A stretch of DNA of 64,000 nucleotides from sequence record OR352946.1. The stretch is one strand, 5' to 3'. Under the pieces are notes generated by a model. The model was not told the DNA's origin. It made no database searches and was given only the letters and a program-made list of their open reading frames with translations. The DNA is from Escherichia phage AV116. Both the position numbers and the translations under genes were made by a program. Positions 9,941 through 19,670 of this stretch are shown here, in pieces. The first letter of the stretch is position 1. Each line of letters begins with the position of its first letter.

Positions 9941-10153
9941 TTATCCGAACTTTTTAGCGCCTTTCCAGCCTTCGTACATAACTGCACAAGTCAGTAGCAC
10001 AGCGTGTTGGCATTCTTTGTATTTGTAAATCCAGAACCAGCGTAAAAAGTCTTCATCCTCAACACCGTTGAGTTTCATGTTGGCGAAGAATTCAGCTCGT
10101 TCTTCGCGAAGTTTTTGAGATAACATAGATTCAGGATTCATTTTGTGTTCCAC
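9941..10153 (-). CDS. hypothetical protein
   Basis: 70 aa co-oriented ORF. Confidence 0.4.
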   Translation of the reverse strand: MEHKMNPESMLSQKLREERAEFFANMKLNGVEDEDFLRWFWIYKYKECQHAVLLTCAVMYEGWKGAKKFG

Positions 10154-10272
10154 GCCCCGTTTTCATCGATGAACTTAATCCAGTCATTTACAGACCATTT
10201 AGTTGTATCACCCTTTGGATTAACATTTAAAGTATATAATCCCTGCTTAAAAAGCATTCGTTTGATATTCAT
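10138..10272 (-). CDS. hypothetical small protein
   Basis: ATG at 10272 with GAGGAAA SD; track ORF 10138..10365 shortened to avoid overlap. Confidence 0.35.
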   Translation of the reverse strand: MNIKRMLFKQGLYTLNVNPKGDTTKWSVNDWIKFIDENGAWNTK

Positions 10273-10279
10273 AATTTCC

Positions 10280-10573
10280 TCAACTGTAACGATAACATTC
10301 GTTAGCTTTACGTTTGGCTTCAGTATGAGAAGTATTATAATCATACTCTTCTTTACTGTAAACATCTTTTTTCAACTTACGAACTTCTTTGCGGAGTTGT
10401 CGATTCATTTCGTTCTTGACTTCAGAATCAACGCCTTTCATACGTTTCCATTTATCTGAGCGGAAGATGTTTTCAACCATGTCTTTGTGGCTAACACCGT
10501 CAGGAGCTTTACGTTTACCAAAATAGTCGTAATCACGAACTTTCAAATCTTTACGACGATACGTTTTACCCAT
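10280..10573 (-). CDS. hypothetical basic protein
   Basis: ATG at 10573 (MGKTYRRKD...), lysine/arginine rich. Confidence 0.4.
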   Translation of the reverse strand: MGKTYRRKDLKVRDYDYFGKRKAPDGVSHKDMVENIFRSDKWKRMKGVDSEVKNEMNRQLRKEVRKLKKDVYSKEEYDYNTSHTEAKRKANECYRYS

Positions 10574-10580
10574 AAGTACC

Positions 10581-10829
10581 TCAGAGGTTGATTGATACAA
10601 TGCGTTTGATAAAATTCACTTCACTTACTGAAAGGTCTTTAAGACCGATTGATTCTAAACGCTGAATAAAAGTCAACATTGGGATATAGTCCCATTGTGT
10701 TTTAGTCGTTTGATAAGTACGGACGCCATTAGCAATTTCAACATGCAAATCGGAAATGGTAATGAATACCGGTCGCTCGTCATTAACTTTAAGGGTTAGA
10801 ACAACTTTCTTTGAATCTAAACTAATCAC
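10581..10829 (-). CDS. hypothetical protein
   Basis: 82 aa ORF. Confidence 0.4.
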   Translation of the reverse strand: MISLDSKKVVLTLKVNDERPVFITISDLHVEIANGVRTYQTTKTQWDYIPMLTFIQRLESIGLKDLSVSEVNFIKRIVSINL

Positions 10830-11008
10830 GGCTTAATTTCCTTCGCAATTGAACAGAAGATACCACGGTCACAAAGCATTTCACCAATTTCTGGATATTT
10901 GATTGAACGGTACCAAACATCCAGGCTTGAAACTCTGGTTATCCGTACTGCATTACCGTTGACAGAATAGTACTGGTCAACCTTAATTTCTTTATCTTCA
11001 ATTGTCAT
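10826..11008 (-). CDS. hypothetical small protein
   Basis: ATG at 11008 (MTIEDKEIK...) with GAGGAAA SD. Confidence 0.4.
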   Translation of the reverse strand: MTIEDKEIKVDQYYSVNGNAVRITRVSSLDVWYRSIKYPEIGEMLCDRGIFCSIAKEIKP

Positions 11009-11173
11009 TTTATTTTCCTCTATAGTAGATGGTTTAATCTTAACACATCTATCGAGGATGTAAACTGTTTTATGAAAATATTTTTGATTTGAGAGGGGCA
11101 CAAGGAGATAGTGAAGTGAAGATTCCAATGGATTATATTAGAAATGAGATAAAGAAGACCAGGCGGCACCTGG

Positions 11174-11482
11174 TCAATCTTCTATGATATCAGAGTCGTA
11201 TCCTAATGAAATCAAGGACTTTTTAAACTCTGCAATATTCTTTTGTTTCTTATCATTTAAAAATATGACAGGATAACGAATATTAAGTGAAGTGAATCCT
11301 GCACGTTTAGCAAGAGATACGATTAAAGGACGGTCATATTCAATCTTACCATTATTAGTGAGGACTTTATAAAATGTATAAGGAGCATTGAGCTCCTTTA
11401 AAAGTTTTGTAACAGTATAACATCCTGGACAACGTCCAACTTCTTCAGGGATGCCATAAATTTCAATCTTGTTGTGTTCCAC
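11174..11482 (-). CDS. nrdH: glutaredoxin-like protein NrdH
   Basis: 102 aa; CPGC redox motif; synteny with nrdG/nrdD. Confidence 0.8.
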   Translation of the reverse strand: MEHNKIEIYGIPEEVGRCPGCYTVTKLLKELNAPYTFYKVLTNNGKIEYDRPLIVSLAKRAGFTSLNIRYPVIFLNDKKQKNIAEFKKSLISLGYDSDIIED

Positions 11483-11484
11483 AA

Positions 11485-11697
11485 TTATTCCTTGCCAAGA
11501 ACAGAATTCAGTTTATTAGTAATTTTGTCCAAACGTTCATTGAATTCGCTGGAGGATAAACCCTTTTCCGGAGAAATTAAACTAATCACGAAAAATACAC
11601 CAGTAAAAGGAATAAGAAAAATAGCTCCAACTGCCATAAACAAAAAGAACGTTACAGTTGTAAGAAAATCAGCTAAACCTTTACGAAATTTGTACAT
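11485..11697 (-). CDS. small membrane protein
   Basis: 70 aa, two hydrophobic segments. Confidence 0.45.
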   Translation of the reverse strand: MYKFRKGLADFLTTVTFFLFMAVGAIFLIPFTGVFFVISLISPEKGLSSSEFNERLDKITNKLNSVLGKE

Positions 11698-11807
11698 ATT
11701 TACCCTTAATTAACTAAGAATTGATAATCATTAAACTATATTGCGAATAAAATTCTGGACCAAAACGAAAAATCATATCATTTATAGTATCCATAATGTA
11801 ATTCAAT

Positions 11808-12278
11808 TTAATCATGTTTCCACACCCCATCGGTATTTGACCAAAGTCGCTGATTATCTGATCCTCGCCACAGTTTTTTGGTCGGAAGATTTTTCTCATA
11901 CTTCCCATCAATAATAACATCAACATATTTAAGCATTTCTAGTTGTTTAATATCTTCAAACTTATATCCTGTCCACAACCAAATGCTTTTATTGGGATAA
12001 AGATTTTTTACTGTTTGAACAATGCAATGAATAACATCTCGGTTATCAGGATAGAGAGGGTCACCTCCGGTTATAGTTAATCCTTCTATATAATCATTAT
12101 TCAAACATTCAATTAATTGTTCTAGTGTTTCACCAGTGAATGGAATACCATTTCTAGCATTCCATGTTGATTTATTATAACACCCTTCGCATTTATGCAA
12201 ACAACCTGTAACGAAAAGAACGACCCTACAACCAGGGCCATTCACAAAATCGCAAGGATAAAATCTATCATAATTCAT
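11808..12278 (-). CDS. nrdG: anaerobic ribonucleotide reductase activating protein NrdG (radical SAM)
   Basis: 156 aa; cysteine cluster GCLHKCEGCYN; immediately upstream of nrdD. Confidence 0.9.
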   Translation of the reverse strand: MNYDRFYPCDFVNGPGCRVVLFVTGCLHKCEGCYNKSTWNARNGIPFTGETLEQLIECLNNDYIEGLTITGGDPLYPDNRDVIHCIVQTVKNLYPNKSIWLWTGYKFEDIKQLEMLKYVDVIIDGKYEKNLPTKKLWRGSDNQRLWSNTDGVWKHD

Positions 12279-14092
12279 TGGTGTTTAACCCTATGCATGA
12301 TTTCTTTATTTTTACCGAGATTAAATCCGCGTTCGTTCGGATTTCCCAAATAGCCGCATGTTCTTCTTATGGTGTTCATCTTTTTAGGATCAGTTTCTCC
12401 GCAAACTGAACAAACAAATCCATTTTCGGTAGGAGTCATTTCATGAGTACTTCCACATGTAAAACATTTATCTACTGGCATATTAACACCAAAATAATCT
12501 AAATGTTGTGCAGCATAATCCCAGACAGCCTCAAGTCCTTTTAAGTTATTTTTCATATCAGGAAGTTCAACATAAGAAATGTGACCACCTGTCGCAATGA
12601 AATGATACGGCGCTTCACGAGAAATCTTTTCAAACGGAGTAGTATTTTCTTCTACTGAAACGTGGAAACTGTTAGTGTACCAGCCTTTATCGGTAACATC
12701 TTTTACACTTCCATATTTTTCTGTATCAAGTTTACAGAAGCGATAACAAAGGTTTTCAGCAGGAGTAGAATACAAACTAAAAGCAAAACCAGTTCTTTCA
12801 GTCCACTGTTTAAGATGAGCATTCATTTTAGTTAAAATTTCTTGTCCAATATCACGACCGACAAGAATATTCAATTCATGAATACCGATGTATCCTAAAG
12901 ACACTGAACTTCTACCGTTTTTAAATAGCTCAATTATATCGTCATCAGGTTTAAGACGAACCCCGAATGCACCTTCTTGGTAAAGAATAGGAGCAACAGT
13001 CGCTTTAACTCCTTTTAAGGAACTAATTCTACACATCAAAGCTTCAAAACACAGGTCCATTCGTTCATTGAATAATTCAACAAATTTCTGTTCATTGAAC
13101 TGTGTTCCAATATAAGAATCTAATGCGATACGAGGAAGATTCAGTGTTACAACGCCGAGATTATTACGACCGTCAAGAATTTCATTTCCAGTTGAATCTT
13201 TCCATACGCTCAAGAAACTACGGCAACCCATCGGAGAAACTGGAACTGAAGAACCGGTAATAGCTTTATTATTCTTAACTGAAATAATGTCAGGATACAT
13301 TCTTTTGCTTGCACATTCTAACGCAAGTTGTTTAATATCATAGTTTGGATCATCTTTATAAAGATTAACACCTTCTTCAAAAAACATAACAAGCTTAGGG
13401 AAAATAGGAGTTATTCCATCACGTCCAAGGCCTTTAATGCGGTTTTTAAGAATTGCCTTCTGAATCATTCGTTCAGTCCAGTCAGTTCCCGTACCAAATG
13501 TAATTGTCACAAAAGGCGTTTGTCCGTTTGAACTAAAGAGAGTGTTTACTTCATATTCATAAGCTTGGAATGCATCGTATACGTCTTTTTCTGTTTTAGA
13601 TTGAGCATAATTCAGAATGTCTGGTATTTGCCATTTTTCTGCATCTTCAACATGTTTAGCGTATGTGCGTTTAACATAAGGAGAAAGAACTTTATCGACA
13701 TTCGCAAATGTAGTTCCGCCATACTGGTGTGAAGCAACTTGTGCAGTAATTTGTGCCATAATTGCAGTAGCAACGCCAATAGATTTAGGCGTTTCAATTT
13801 GAGCATTGCCTAATTTAAATCCATTCTCAAGCATTCCTTTTAAATCTACTAAACAGCAATTAGTAAAAGGCAATGATATACTATAATCTAAATCGTGAAA
13901 ATGAATTAATCCGACATTATGAGCATTTACAATATGGCTCGGAAGAATACTACAAGCGATATGTTTAGAAACAATACCGGCCATTAAATCTCTTTTTGTT
14001 GGAAAGACACGAGAATCTTTGTTGGCATTTTCGGTATTTAATTCTTTATCTTTATTTGAAATAAAATTTAAAACATCTTTCTCTAAAGACAT
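12275..14092 (-). CDS. nrdD: anaerobic ribonucleoside-triphosphate reductase NrdD
   Basis: 605 aa; C-terminal glycyl-radical motif RTCGYLG and zinc ribbon CFTCG...CSVCG; uninterrupted ORF (no intron apparent). Confidence 0.95.
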   Translation of the reverse strand: MSLEKDVLNFISNKDKELNTENANKDSRVFPTKRDLMAGIVSKHIACSILPSHIVNAHNVGLIHFHDLDYSISLPFTNCCLVDLKGMLENGFKLGNAQIETPKSIGVATAIMAQITAQVASHQYGGTTFANVDKVLSPYVKRTYAKHVEDAEKWQIPDILNYAQSKTEKDVYDAFQAYEYEVNTLFSSNGQTPFVTITFGTGTDWTERMIQKAILKNRIKGLGRDGITPIFPKLVMFFEEGVNLYKDDPNYDIKQLALECASKRMYPDIISVKNNKAITGSSVPVSPMGCRSFLSVWKDSTGNEILDGRNNLGVVTLNLPRIALDSYIGTQFNEQKFVELFNERMDLCFEALMCRISSLKGVKATVAPILYQEGAFGVRLKPDDDIIELFKNGRSSVSLGYIGIHELNILVGRDIGQEILTKMNAHLKQWTERTGFAFSLYSTPAENLCYRFCKLDTEKYGSVKDVTDKGWYTNSFHVSVEENTTPFEKISREAPYHFIATGGHISYVELPDMKNNLKGLEAVWDYAAQHLDYFGVNMPVDKCFTCGSTHEMTPTENGFVCSVCGETDPKKMNTIRRTCGYLGNPNERGFNLGKNKEIMHRVKHQ

Positions 14093-14904
14093 AATTCTAA
14101 TTTATCCTTTTGAAATTCTTCGTCTAAATATGGGTTCCAACCCATTTTAAACCTTTTGATGAAATTATCAATTCTAAATTTCGGTAAATTTAACTCCGCA
14201 AAAATAGATGATTTACTTTTAAAATCTGGACCTAAATAATCATATAAAATTTCTGCGTATTTTAACCATAATATATAAGTACCAGATTTAATTGCGTTCG
14301 GAGTTTTCCAAGGTTTTACACCATACATCGGATTTCCACTTCCTTTATGCCTGATAGAAGATGAAATTCCAATTTTAATTTTAGCTTCCTTTGTATGCGA
14401 AAATCCACGATGCGGATTTTCTTTCCAGTATTTTTTAGCAGCTTCTGATATTTTCTTTCTGGCTAAATTAGTATGATGCTTTCCATAAAATCCATGATTT
14501 TTGCCTTTATTACGATTTCTTTTAATCATGGTTATTGATTGCTTTTCTCTAGTTTCTTTAGAAGGAGAAATACCATATGTCGTAAATTTGCCATCAGCAT
14601 ATGCTAAATTAAAATACTCTTTATTCCATACATCTTTTTCTATATTCTTTTGAAATTCAGCTTCAATGCTAGTTATTTGTTCATCTCCGACTAATTGAAA
14701 ATATAATATTTCAACTTTCGGCGTTTCTTTCAATAAGGCTTTTTGAAATTCGGAAGATGACGAAGACGAATAATAAAATTTACCATTTTTATCAATAATA
14801 TTCGTTCCATCAAAAGTGCAATTGGTTTTACTTCCAATGTAATAATATGGTGGGGTTTTAGCATTAATTCTATTAATAAATGATAGTTTATATACTACAT
14901 TCAT
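14083..14904 (-). CDS. GIY-YIG-like homing endonuclease with NUMOD3-like repeat, paralog 3
   Basis: VVYKLSFINR...YYYIGSK; GKNHGFYGKHHTNLARKKISEA; free-standing between nrdD and 49. Confidence 0.55.
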   Translation of the reverse strand: MNVVYKLSFINRINAKTPPYYYIGSKTNCTFDGTNIIDKNGKFYYSSSSSSEFQKALLKETPKVEILYFQLVGDEQITSIEAEFQKNIEKDVWNKEYFNLAYADGKFTTYGISPSKETREKQSITMIKRNRNKGKNHGFYGKHHTNLARKKISEAAKKYWKENPHRGFSHTKEAKIKIGISSSIRHKGSGNPMYGVKPWKTPNAIKSGTYILWLKYAEILYDYLGPDFKSKSSIFAELNLPKFRIDNFIKRFKMGWNPYLDEEFQKDKLELCL

Positions 14905-15374
14905 TTTAAACTCTTTCTAAGCTGCTTTTTGAATGAAGCTATTAATTGTGTTTTAGTATCAGATTCAGTATATTCAAATCCTCTTTGAAGCATCTCAGCC
15001 ATCATTTCCTCTTTACCTAGTCTTGAGAACTCTTTAGTTTTGTCTGGAACAAAATTAGGATGGATATTATTATCAGAATAATCTTGTTTCAAATAAGCAA
15101 GAAGAGCTTCAAGCCATTCTAAGTAGTCAACGTTTTGACCTTTCAAACCGGAACGGTTGAACTTATGCTTCATTTGACCTTCTGCTGCGTTGCACAGATT
15201 ACAGAGTAATCCACGAACTCTACCGGCTTTTGGCCCGTTTAATTCATGGTCGTGGTCAAGATGGTTACCTTGAACATCAGGGTCTAATTCACGGTGGCAA
15301 ATAGGACACTTACCGTTCTGTGCATCATAAAATTTTTGTTTTTCTTCTTTATATTTTGCGCCTGATAATAACAT
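14901..15374 (-). CDS. 49: endonuclease VII (Holliday junction resolvase) gp49
   Basis: 157 aa; Zn-binding CPIC...CNLC and HLDHDHE motif; same length as T4 gp49. Confidence 0.9.
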   Translation of the reverse strand: MLLSGAKYKEEKQKFYDAQNGKCPICHRELDPDVQGNHLDHDHELNGPKAGRVRGLLCNLCNAAEGQMKHKFNRSGLKGQNVDYLEWLEALLAYLKQDYSDNNIHPNFVPDKTKEFSRLGKEEMMAEMLQRGFEYTESDTKTQLIASFKKQLRKSLK

Positions 15375-15403
15375 GATAAACCCTTACCTTAAATAGATAA
15401 GGG

Positions 15404-15411
15404 TATTTATA
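15404..15411 (-). promoter_or_regulatory. late promoter TATAAATA upstream of gene 49
   Basis: exact TATAAATA on minus strand about 30 nt upstream of the ATG at 15374. Confidence 0.5.
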
Positions 15412-15413
15412 AT

Positions 15414-15584
15414 TTAGTAAACGTTATAAAAGTTACGATGAGAACGTTTAGCTTTGCGAAGCTGACGTTTAGTTGGTCGAACCGTAAATGGTCGTCCGGA
15501 GAAAAAATTCGGATCGGTTTTAATAAGCAAATACCAATCATGCTTGCCATTTTTTAATAAACGGTACAATAATTTAACTTGCAT
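15414..15584 (-). CDS. hypothetical small basic protein
   Basis: ORF with internal ATG start. Confidence 0.35.
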   Translation of the reverse strand: MQVKLLYRLLKNGKHDWYLLIKTDPNFFSGRPFTVRPTKRQLRKAKRSHRNFYNVY

Positions 15585-15712
15585 AATAATCTCTTCCCAT
15601 TTCCAAATCAATCATATCGTTTACTGTAGGTTCATCATAACACGTTTCTTCGTCGTTGTAAACTGTTTCGACGTCTGGCTCGACAGTTTCCCATCGAGCC
15701 GAATACCATGGT

Positions 15713-16048
15713 TTAACCCCGGAGTTTATTGAGCTCTTCATAATCAATCCAGGATTCTAGCCCTGACGGCAGGTCACATTCAATGTTCCACAGAAGCTCT
15801 TCAATGGCTTGCAGGCGATTATATTCTTCAACGGTAATGGTAACCATTGGTTTTGGCTTTTTAACCATCATGTCATTCATCAGAACGTACAGGTCTTCAC
15901 AAACAGCCGGGTCGTCCCATGTCCATACTTCAGCATCTCGAACCAATGAAGTCGGAATCGAATTTAAAACTTCAAGCTTAGTAGGAGCATCAGGGCCGAG
16001 AAGAGTTGCTACAAATTTATATGCTTTGGCGAAATCAATATCGTTCAT
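15713..16048 (-). CDS. hypothetical acidic protein
   Basis: 111 aa ORF between 49 and nrdC. Confidence 0.45.
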   Translation of the reverse strand: MNDIDFAKAYKFVATLLGPDAPTKLEVLNSIPTSLVRDAEVWTWDDPAVCEDLYVLMNDMMVKKPKPMVTITVEEYNRLQAIEELLWNIECDLPSGLESWIDYEELNKLRG

Positions 16049-16308
16049 TTAAAATATTCTCGCAGTTGGTCAAATCCACCAATGTGACTTCCGTCAGGAG
16101 CAAACACTTGAGGCATAGTCAATCCAACTTGTGATTCGCGTCCAAGCTTAACAAGAAGCTCAGTAATTTTCTCATCGTCGAACACACCTTTTTCTGGCAT
16201 AACATTAATGAATTCGAACGGCTGTTTCTTAACAGTCAGCAATCGTTTCGCATTATCACAATAAATGCATTTATGAATAGTAGAGTCATACCCGTACACT
16301 TTAAACAT
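16045..16308 (-). CDS. nrdC: thioredoxin/glutaredoxin NrdC
   Basis: 87 aa from MFKVYGYD; CIYC redox motif; nearly identical to remembered T4 NrdC. Confidence 0.9.
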   Translation of the reverse strand: MFKVYGYDSTIHKCIYCDNAKRLLTVKKQPFEFINVMPEKGVFDDEKITELLVKLGRESQVGLTMPQVFAPDGSHIGGFDQLREYFK

Positions 16309-16714
16309 TATTTTTCCTTTCATCGATTAAATATGCAACGCCAAATACAATACATGTAATAAAACCTGTGATACAGATAGAAACCAACAACACCGTACCA
16401 AAGAACCAAATCAAGTTATCTTTAGTAGTTTGTTTGATATCCATCTCACGAATTTCTATAGCTATCGTATCACCTTTATTCAGAAGCGTATAAAACGAAG
16501 GTGATACATGCCTGTCAAAAACTCGTCCTTGCTCATCTTTATAGACTGCAATAAATTCTAATTTAGAATATTTTCCTGTAGATTGACCTGAAATTAATTC
16601 CACTACCTCCACAGGAATTACTTTAGTTTCCATGTAAGTATTCTGGCTGTTCCAAATGAATGGAATGATGGCAAAAACTAAAGCTGCGATAAAACAACGA
16701 AGGCTATATCTCAT
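16301..16714 (-). CDS. membrane protein
   Basis: 137 aa with N- and C-terminal hydrophobic segments. Confidence 0.45.
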   Translation of the reverse strand: MRYSLRCFIAALVFAIIPFIWNSQNTYMETKVIPVEVVELISGQSTGKYSKLEFIAVYKDEQGRVFDRHVSPSFYTLLNKGDTIAIEIREMDIKQTTKDNLIWFFGTVLLVSICITGFITCIVFGVAYLIDERKNNV

Positions 16715-17019
16715 TATAATGTTCTCTCAAATTTGTGGAAGCATTTACGGCATTTCAATTTCAAGTTATCGGTGGTCCAGTTAACCAGTTGGACTTGGAT
16801 AGTTCCACATTCCGGGCATGGATGTTTTGCTGCCGATTTGGCAGCATTTTCACGTCGTTCAACCATTTTCATGATTTCGTTCCATGCCGGAGGAACGAAC
16901 TCTTCTTCACCGTGGATTTTATCTTGCTGAACAAATTCAATATTTGAACTATCGTCAATAAACTTAACCAAGCGGTGATTAGTGTTCATATCAATATCCT
17001 CTAAAAGACGTAGTTTCAT
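16714..17019 (-). CDS. zinc-ribbon protein
   Basis: CPECG...CRKC four-cysteine motif near C-terminus. Confidence 0.45.
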   Translation of the reverse strand: MKLRLLEDIDMNTNHRLVKFIDDSSNIEFVQQDKIHGEEEFVPPAWNEIMKMVERRENAAKSAAKHPCPECGTIQVQLVNWTTDNLKLKCRKCFHKFERTL

Positions 17020-17969
17020 TATAAAACCTCAATGGCATTTCGTAAACCATCCGCTTTCGCATTCAGAGCTTTTAACGATTTAGTTTGTTCTGCAATCTGG
17101 GCTTCGACTTCTTTAAGACGAGATTTGAGATATTCGCGTTCTTCTCTTAAGTTATCAACTTTTTCTGCTTTAGGTTCTTTAATAGTCTTAAGTTTATACC
17201 CGTTAGGGGACTTCAGCTTAATTCGGGTACGAGAACTGTATAACATTGAACCGTTATCTTCGGATTCGTCGAACGTTTCAACAACATCCATAGTCTCTAA
17301 CAATGTAATAAGTTTATAAGACAACGAACGAACGGTTTTGTTATGCTTATTAATTTCTTCGGCTTTCATGGTACCGAGATTACGTGAGTAGTAATAAGGA
17401 ACCTGGATATCAATTGACAATGATGCGTTACCATTACCAGTTGGTTTGAATACTGCAGTAACCCAATCTTTAACATGAACTTTATTTGTACGACCATCAC
17501 CGCCTGTGAATAATTTACGAGAATGTTTAAAAAGCATATTCACTTGGTTATTGAATTCACAAGCAAATTTATCAGCAAATTTAGTTTCAGGAATGGTAGA
17601 TAACCAATCAGCTAAATGAGTCTTTTTAACATCGTTAATAATAGTAAATTCAACCAAATCGGTTTTAGATGTCACAGATTTAATAAAGCTCGGCTTCATA
17701 AAGTTTTTAATGTTATCGCGAGCTACAGTAGAAGATAATAAACGAGAACGTTTGAACCATTGAAGCAGTGTCCCTAATGATTGAGAATACGCATTCTGAG
17801 TATCTTTACAGATATGATTTTCTTGGCCTGTGTATGTACCAAAATCGCGAAGAATACCACTTACTACATCTCGGTGTGGAACATCAAATCCTAGTGCACC
17901 AGAAGCGCGCTGAGCATGAATGTTAGCGATAAGACCGGCAAAGTATTCAATGTAATGTGAACGTGTCAT
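17019..17969 (-). CDS. hypothetical protein with C-terminal coiled coil
   Basis: 316 aa; early promoter module upstream. Confidence 0.5.
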   Translation of the reverse strand: MTRSHYIEYFAGLIANIHAQRASGALGFDVPHRDVVSGILRDFGTYTGQENHICKDTQNAYSQSLGTLLQWFKRSRLLSSTVARDNIKNFMKPSFIKSVTSKTDLVEFTIINDVKKTHLADWLSTIPETKFADKFACEFNNQVNMLFKHSRKLFTGGDGRTNKVHVKDWVTAVFKPTGNGNASLSIDIQVPYYYSRNLGTMKAEEINKHNKTVRSLSYKLITLLETMDVVETFDESEDNGSMLYSSRTRIKLKSPNGYKLKTIKEPKAEKVDNLREEREYLKSRLKEVEAQIAEQTKSLKALNAKADGLRNAIEVL

Positions 17970-17997
17970 AATATTTTCCTCTCGTTAAGATAGAAAG

Positions 17998-18026
17998 ATT
18001 ATACTCCAACCATCCTTGGTTGTACA
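17998..18026 (-). promoter_or_regulatory. T4-type early promoter-like element
   Basis: minus strand TGTACA-N17-TATAAT. Confidence 0.45.
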
Positions 18027-19022
18027 TCATTCCTTAAGAAGTTTTACTACCTGAATAAGATTAGCTCGTTCTGTTTTATTTTTACCGTTTAAGCCTGCTA
18101 ATCGTGAGATTTCATCGTCAGTCTGTTGAATAGTTACATTAAGTTCGTTAATCAAAGCTTCAAAGTATTTGATTTGCTCAGCATGTTTTGATTCAAATTT
18201 CTGAACCGGATTAACGTATTGATTCAGTTCATCAATAAGGTCTTTAAGAGCATCTTCTTGGTTGATATCATATTCAACTTCTTTTATTTCTTCAACAAGC
18301 TCGTCTTTATATCTAACGTCTTTTAGTCCTAGTGCTGGTCCTGAAATCTCTTCTTTAAGAGTACAAACATATCCAATACGGTATCCAATGCCGTCTCGCT
18401 TGATATCAACTTCGTCGATAAATCCACAATGTTTAAGACCAGAGCCGATTAGGTTAAAATATCCTTGACGTCTTCCTTCAAACGTTACACGAACTACTAA
18501 GACGGTTTTGCCACCGACCTTTTGAAGCTCACATTTATAAAAGTCAGTTGAACCTGAATAACGTGGATGAGTTTTAAAGTTCATCTGACGATCTAGACCC
18601 ATTTGTAAGCGTGCTGATACGGCCAGAAAACGTGTTTGGTTCTCGTTAAGATGAGCAACAATCCATTTCAAAGGCATTTTACCCTGTTCACGACCGAACA
18701 AATCAGTACGTCCTAAATTACGCAGGATATTGTTAGAGTTAATCATCGACAGAACGTTAAGTTTATTCAGCGCGCTGAAGATTCCATCGGCCATTGATTT
18801 TCCGTAACCTTTACACGCTTTAATAAGCGCTCGCGGTAGATTAGTATAGATTTCAGATGGCATATGAAAATCAAATTTACTAGTCAGTAATTGATGAACT
18901 TGGATAGCAATTTGCTCATAATTAAGTGCTCTGCGATCGTTATGGTCTTTAAACCACACTTTAATCTGTGAAGCACATAAACCGTTAATTTCATGTTTTA
19001 CCGCATCAGATGTAATGCTCAT
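18027..19022 (-). CDS. hypothetical protein with C-terminal coiled coil
   Basis: 331 aa ORF. Confidence 0.5.
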   Translation of the reverse strand: MSITSDAVKHEINGLCASQIKVWFKDHNDRRALNYEQIAIQVHQLLTSKFDFHMPSEIYTNLPRALIKACKGYGKSMADGIFSALNKLNVLSMINSNNILRNLGRTDLFGREQGKMPLKWIVAHLNENQTRFLAVSARLQMGLDRQMNFKTHPRYSGSTDFYKCELQKVGGKTVLVVRVTFEGRRQGYFNLIGSGLKHCGFIDEVDIKRDGIGYRIGYVCTLKEEISGPALGLKDVRYKDELVEEIKEVEYDINQEDALKDLIDELNQYVNPVQKFESKHAEQIKYFEALINELNVTIQQTDDEISRLAGLNGKNKTERANLIQVVKLLKE

Positions 19023-19084
19023 AACTATTTCCTCAGATTGAATTGGAACTCAAAACCATTATAACCCGTCCTTGGGTAAAGCGT

Positions 19085-19612
19085 TTATGCGTGAACCGTC
19101 TTTAAACGTTCTTCAAATTTCCGAAGAGTACTAATACGTTCTGCTTTCTGTTTTGTATAGTTTGCAATACGTTCTGAAGTGAGAGCGTATCGTTCGTTTA
19201 CTGTTTCTTTCATGAAGTCAGGGATTTCACGAGAAGCTTTAATTTCATCAAACTTATCGAGTACTGCCTGGTCTTCAGCAATTAAATTTTCGTACATCTC
19301 GATATCTTTCTTGATGAAGTCGATATCTTCCTGGGTTACTTTGGATAAACGAGATGCTTTATCCTTTTTGTACTGCTCGTTAGTTTCACGAGACCAGAAT
19401 AATGTACGTTTTTTGTTAGTGTTTTTGTAGACTTCCACAATTCCAACTGAATCGATGATAACAATCCAATTCCAGCGAGATTTGAAAATCTGACCTCCGT
19501 CCACGGTAATCTCGTTACCATAAGCAATGTCATTAAAGAACTTGCTTTGTGCTTCAGATTTAAATTTACCGTCGTTATAATTTACCAGGTTGAAAATATC
19601 TTTAGCGTTCAT
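19085..19612 (-). CDS. hypothetical protein
   Basis: 175 aa ORF; promoter module directly upstream. Confidence 0.5.
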   Translation of the reverse strand: MNAKDIFNLVNYNDGKFKSEAQSKFFNDIAYGNEITVDGGQIFKSRWNWIVIIDSVGIVEVYKNTNKKRTLFWSRETNEQYKKDKASRLSKVTQEDIDFIKKDIEMYENLIAEDQAVLDKFDEIKASREIPDFMKETVNERYALTSERIANYTKQKAERISTLRKFEERLKTVHA

Positions 19613-19639
19613 GTTTTACCTCCAGTAGTTGATAGGTCT

Positions 19640-19668
19640 ATAATAACATAACCATAGACCTTGTAAAC
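19640..19668 (-). promoter_or_regulatory. T4-type early promoter-like element
   Basis: minus strand GTTTAC-N17-TATTAT followed by AGACCTATC. Confidence 0.5.
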
Positions 19669-19670
19669 AA

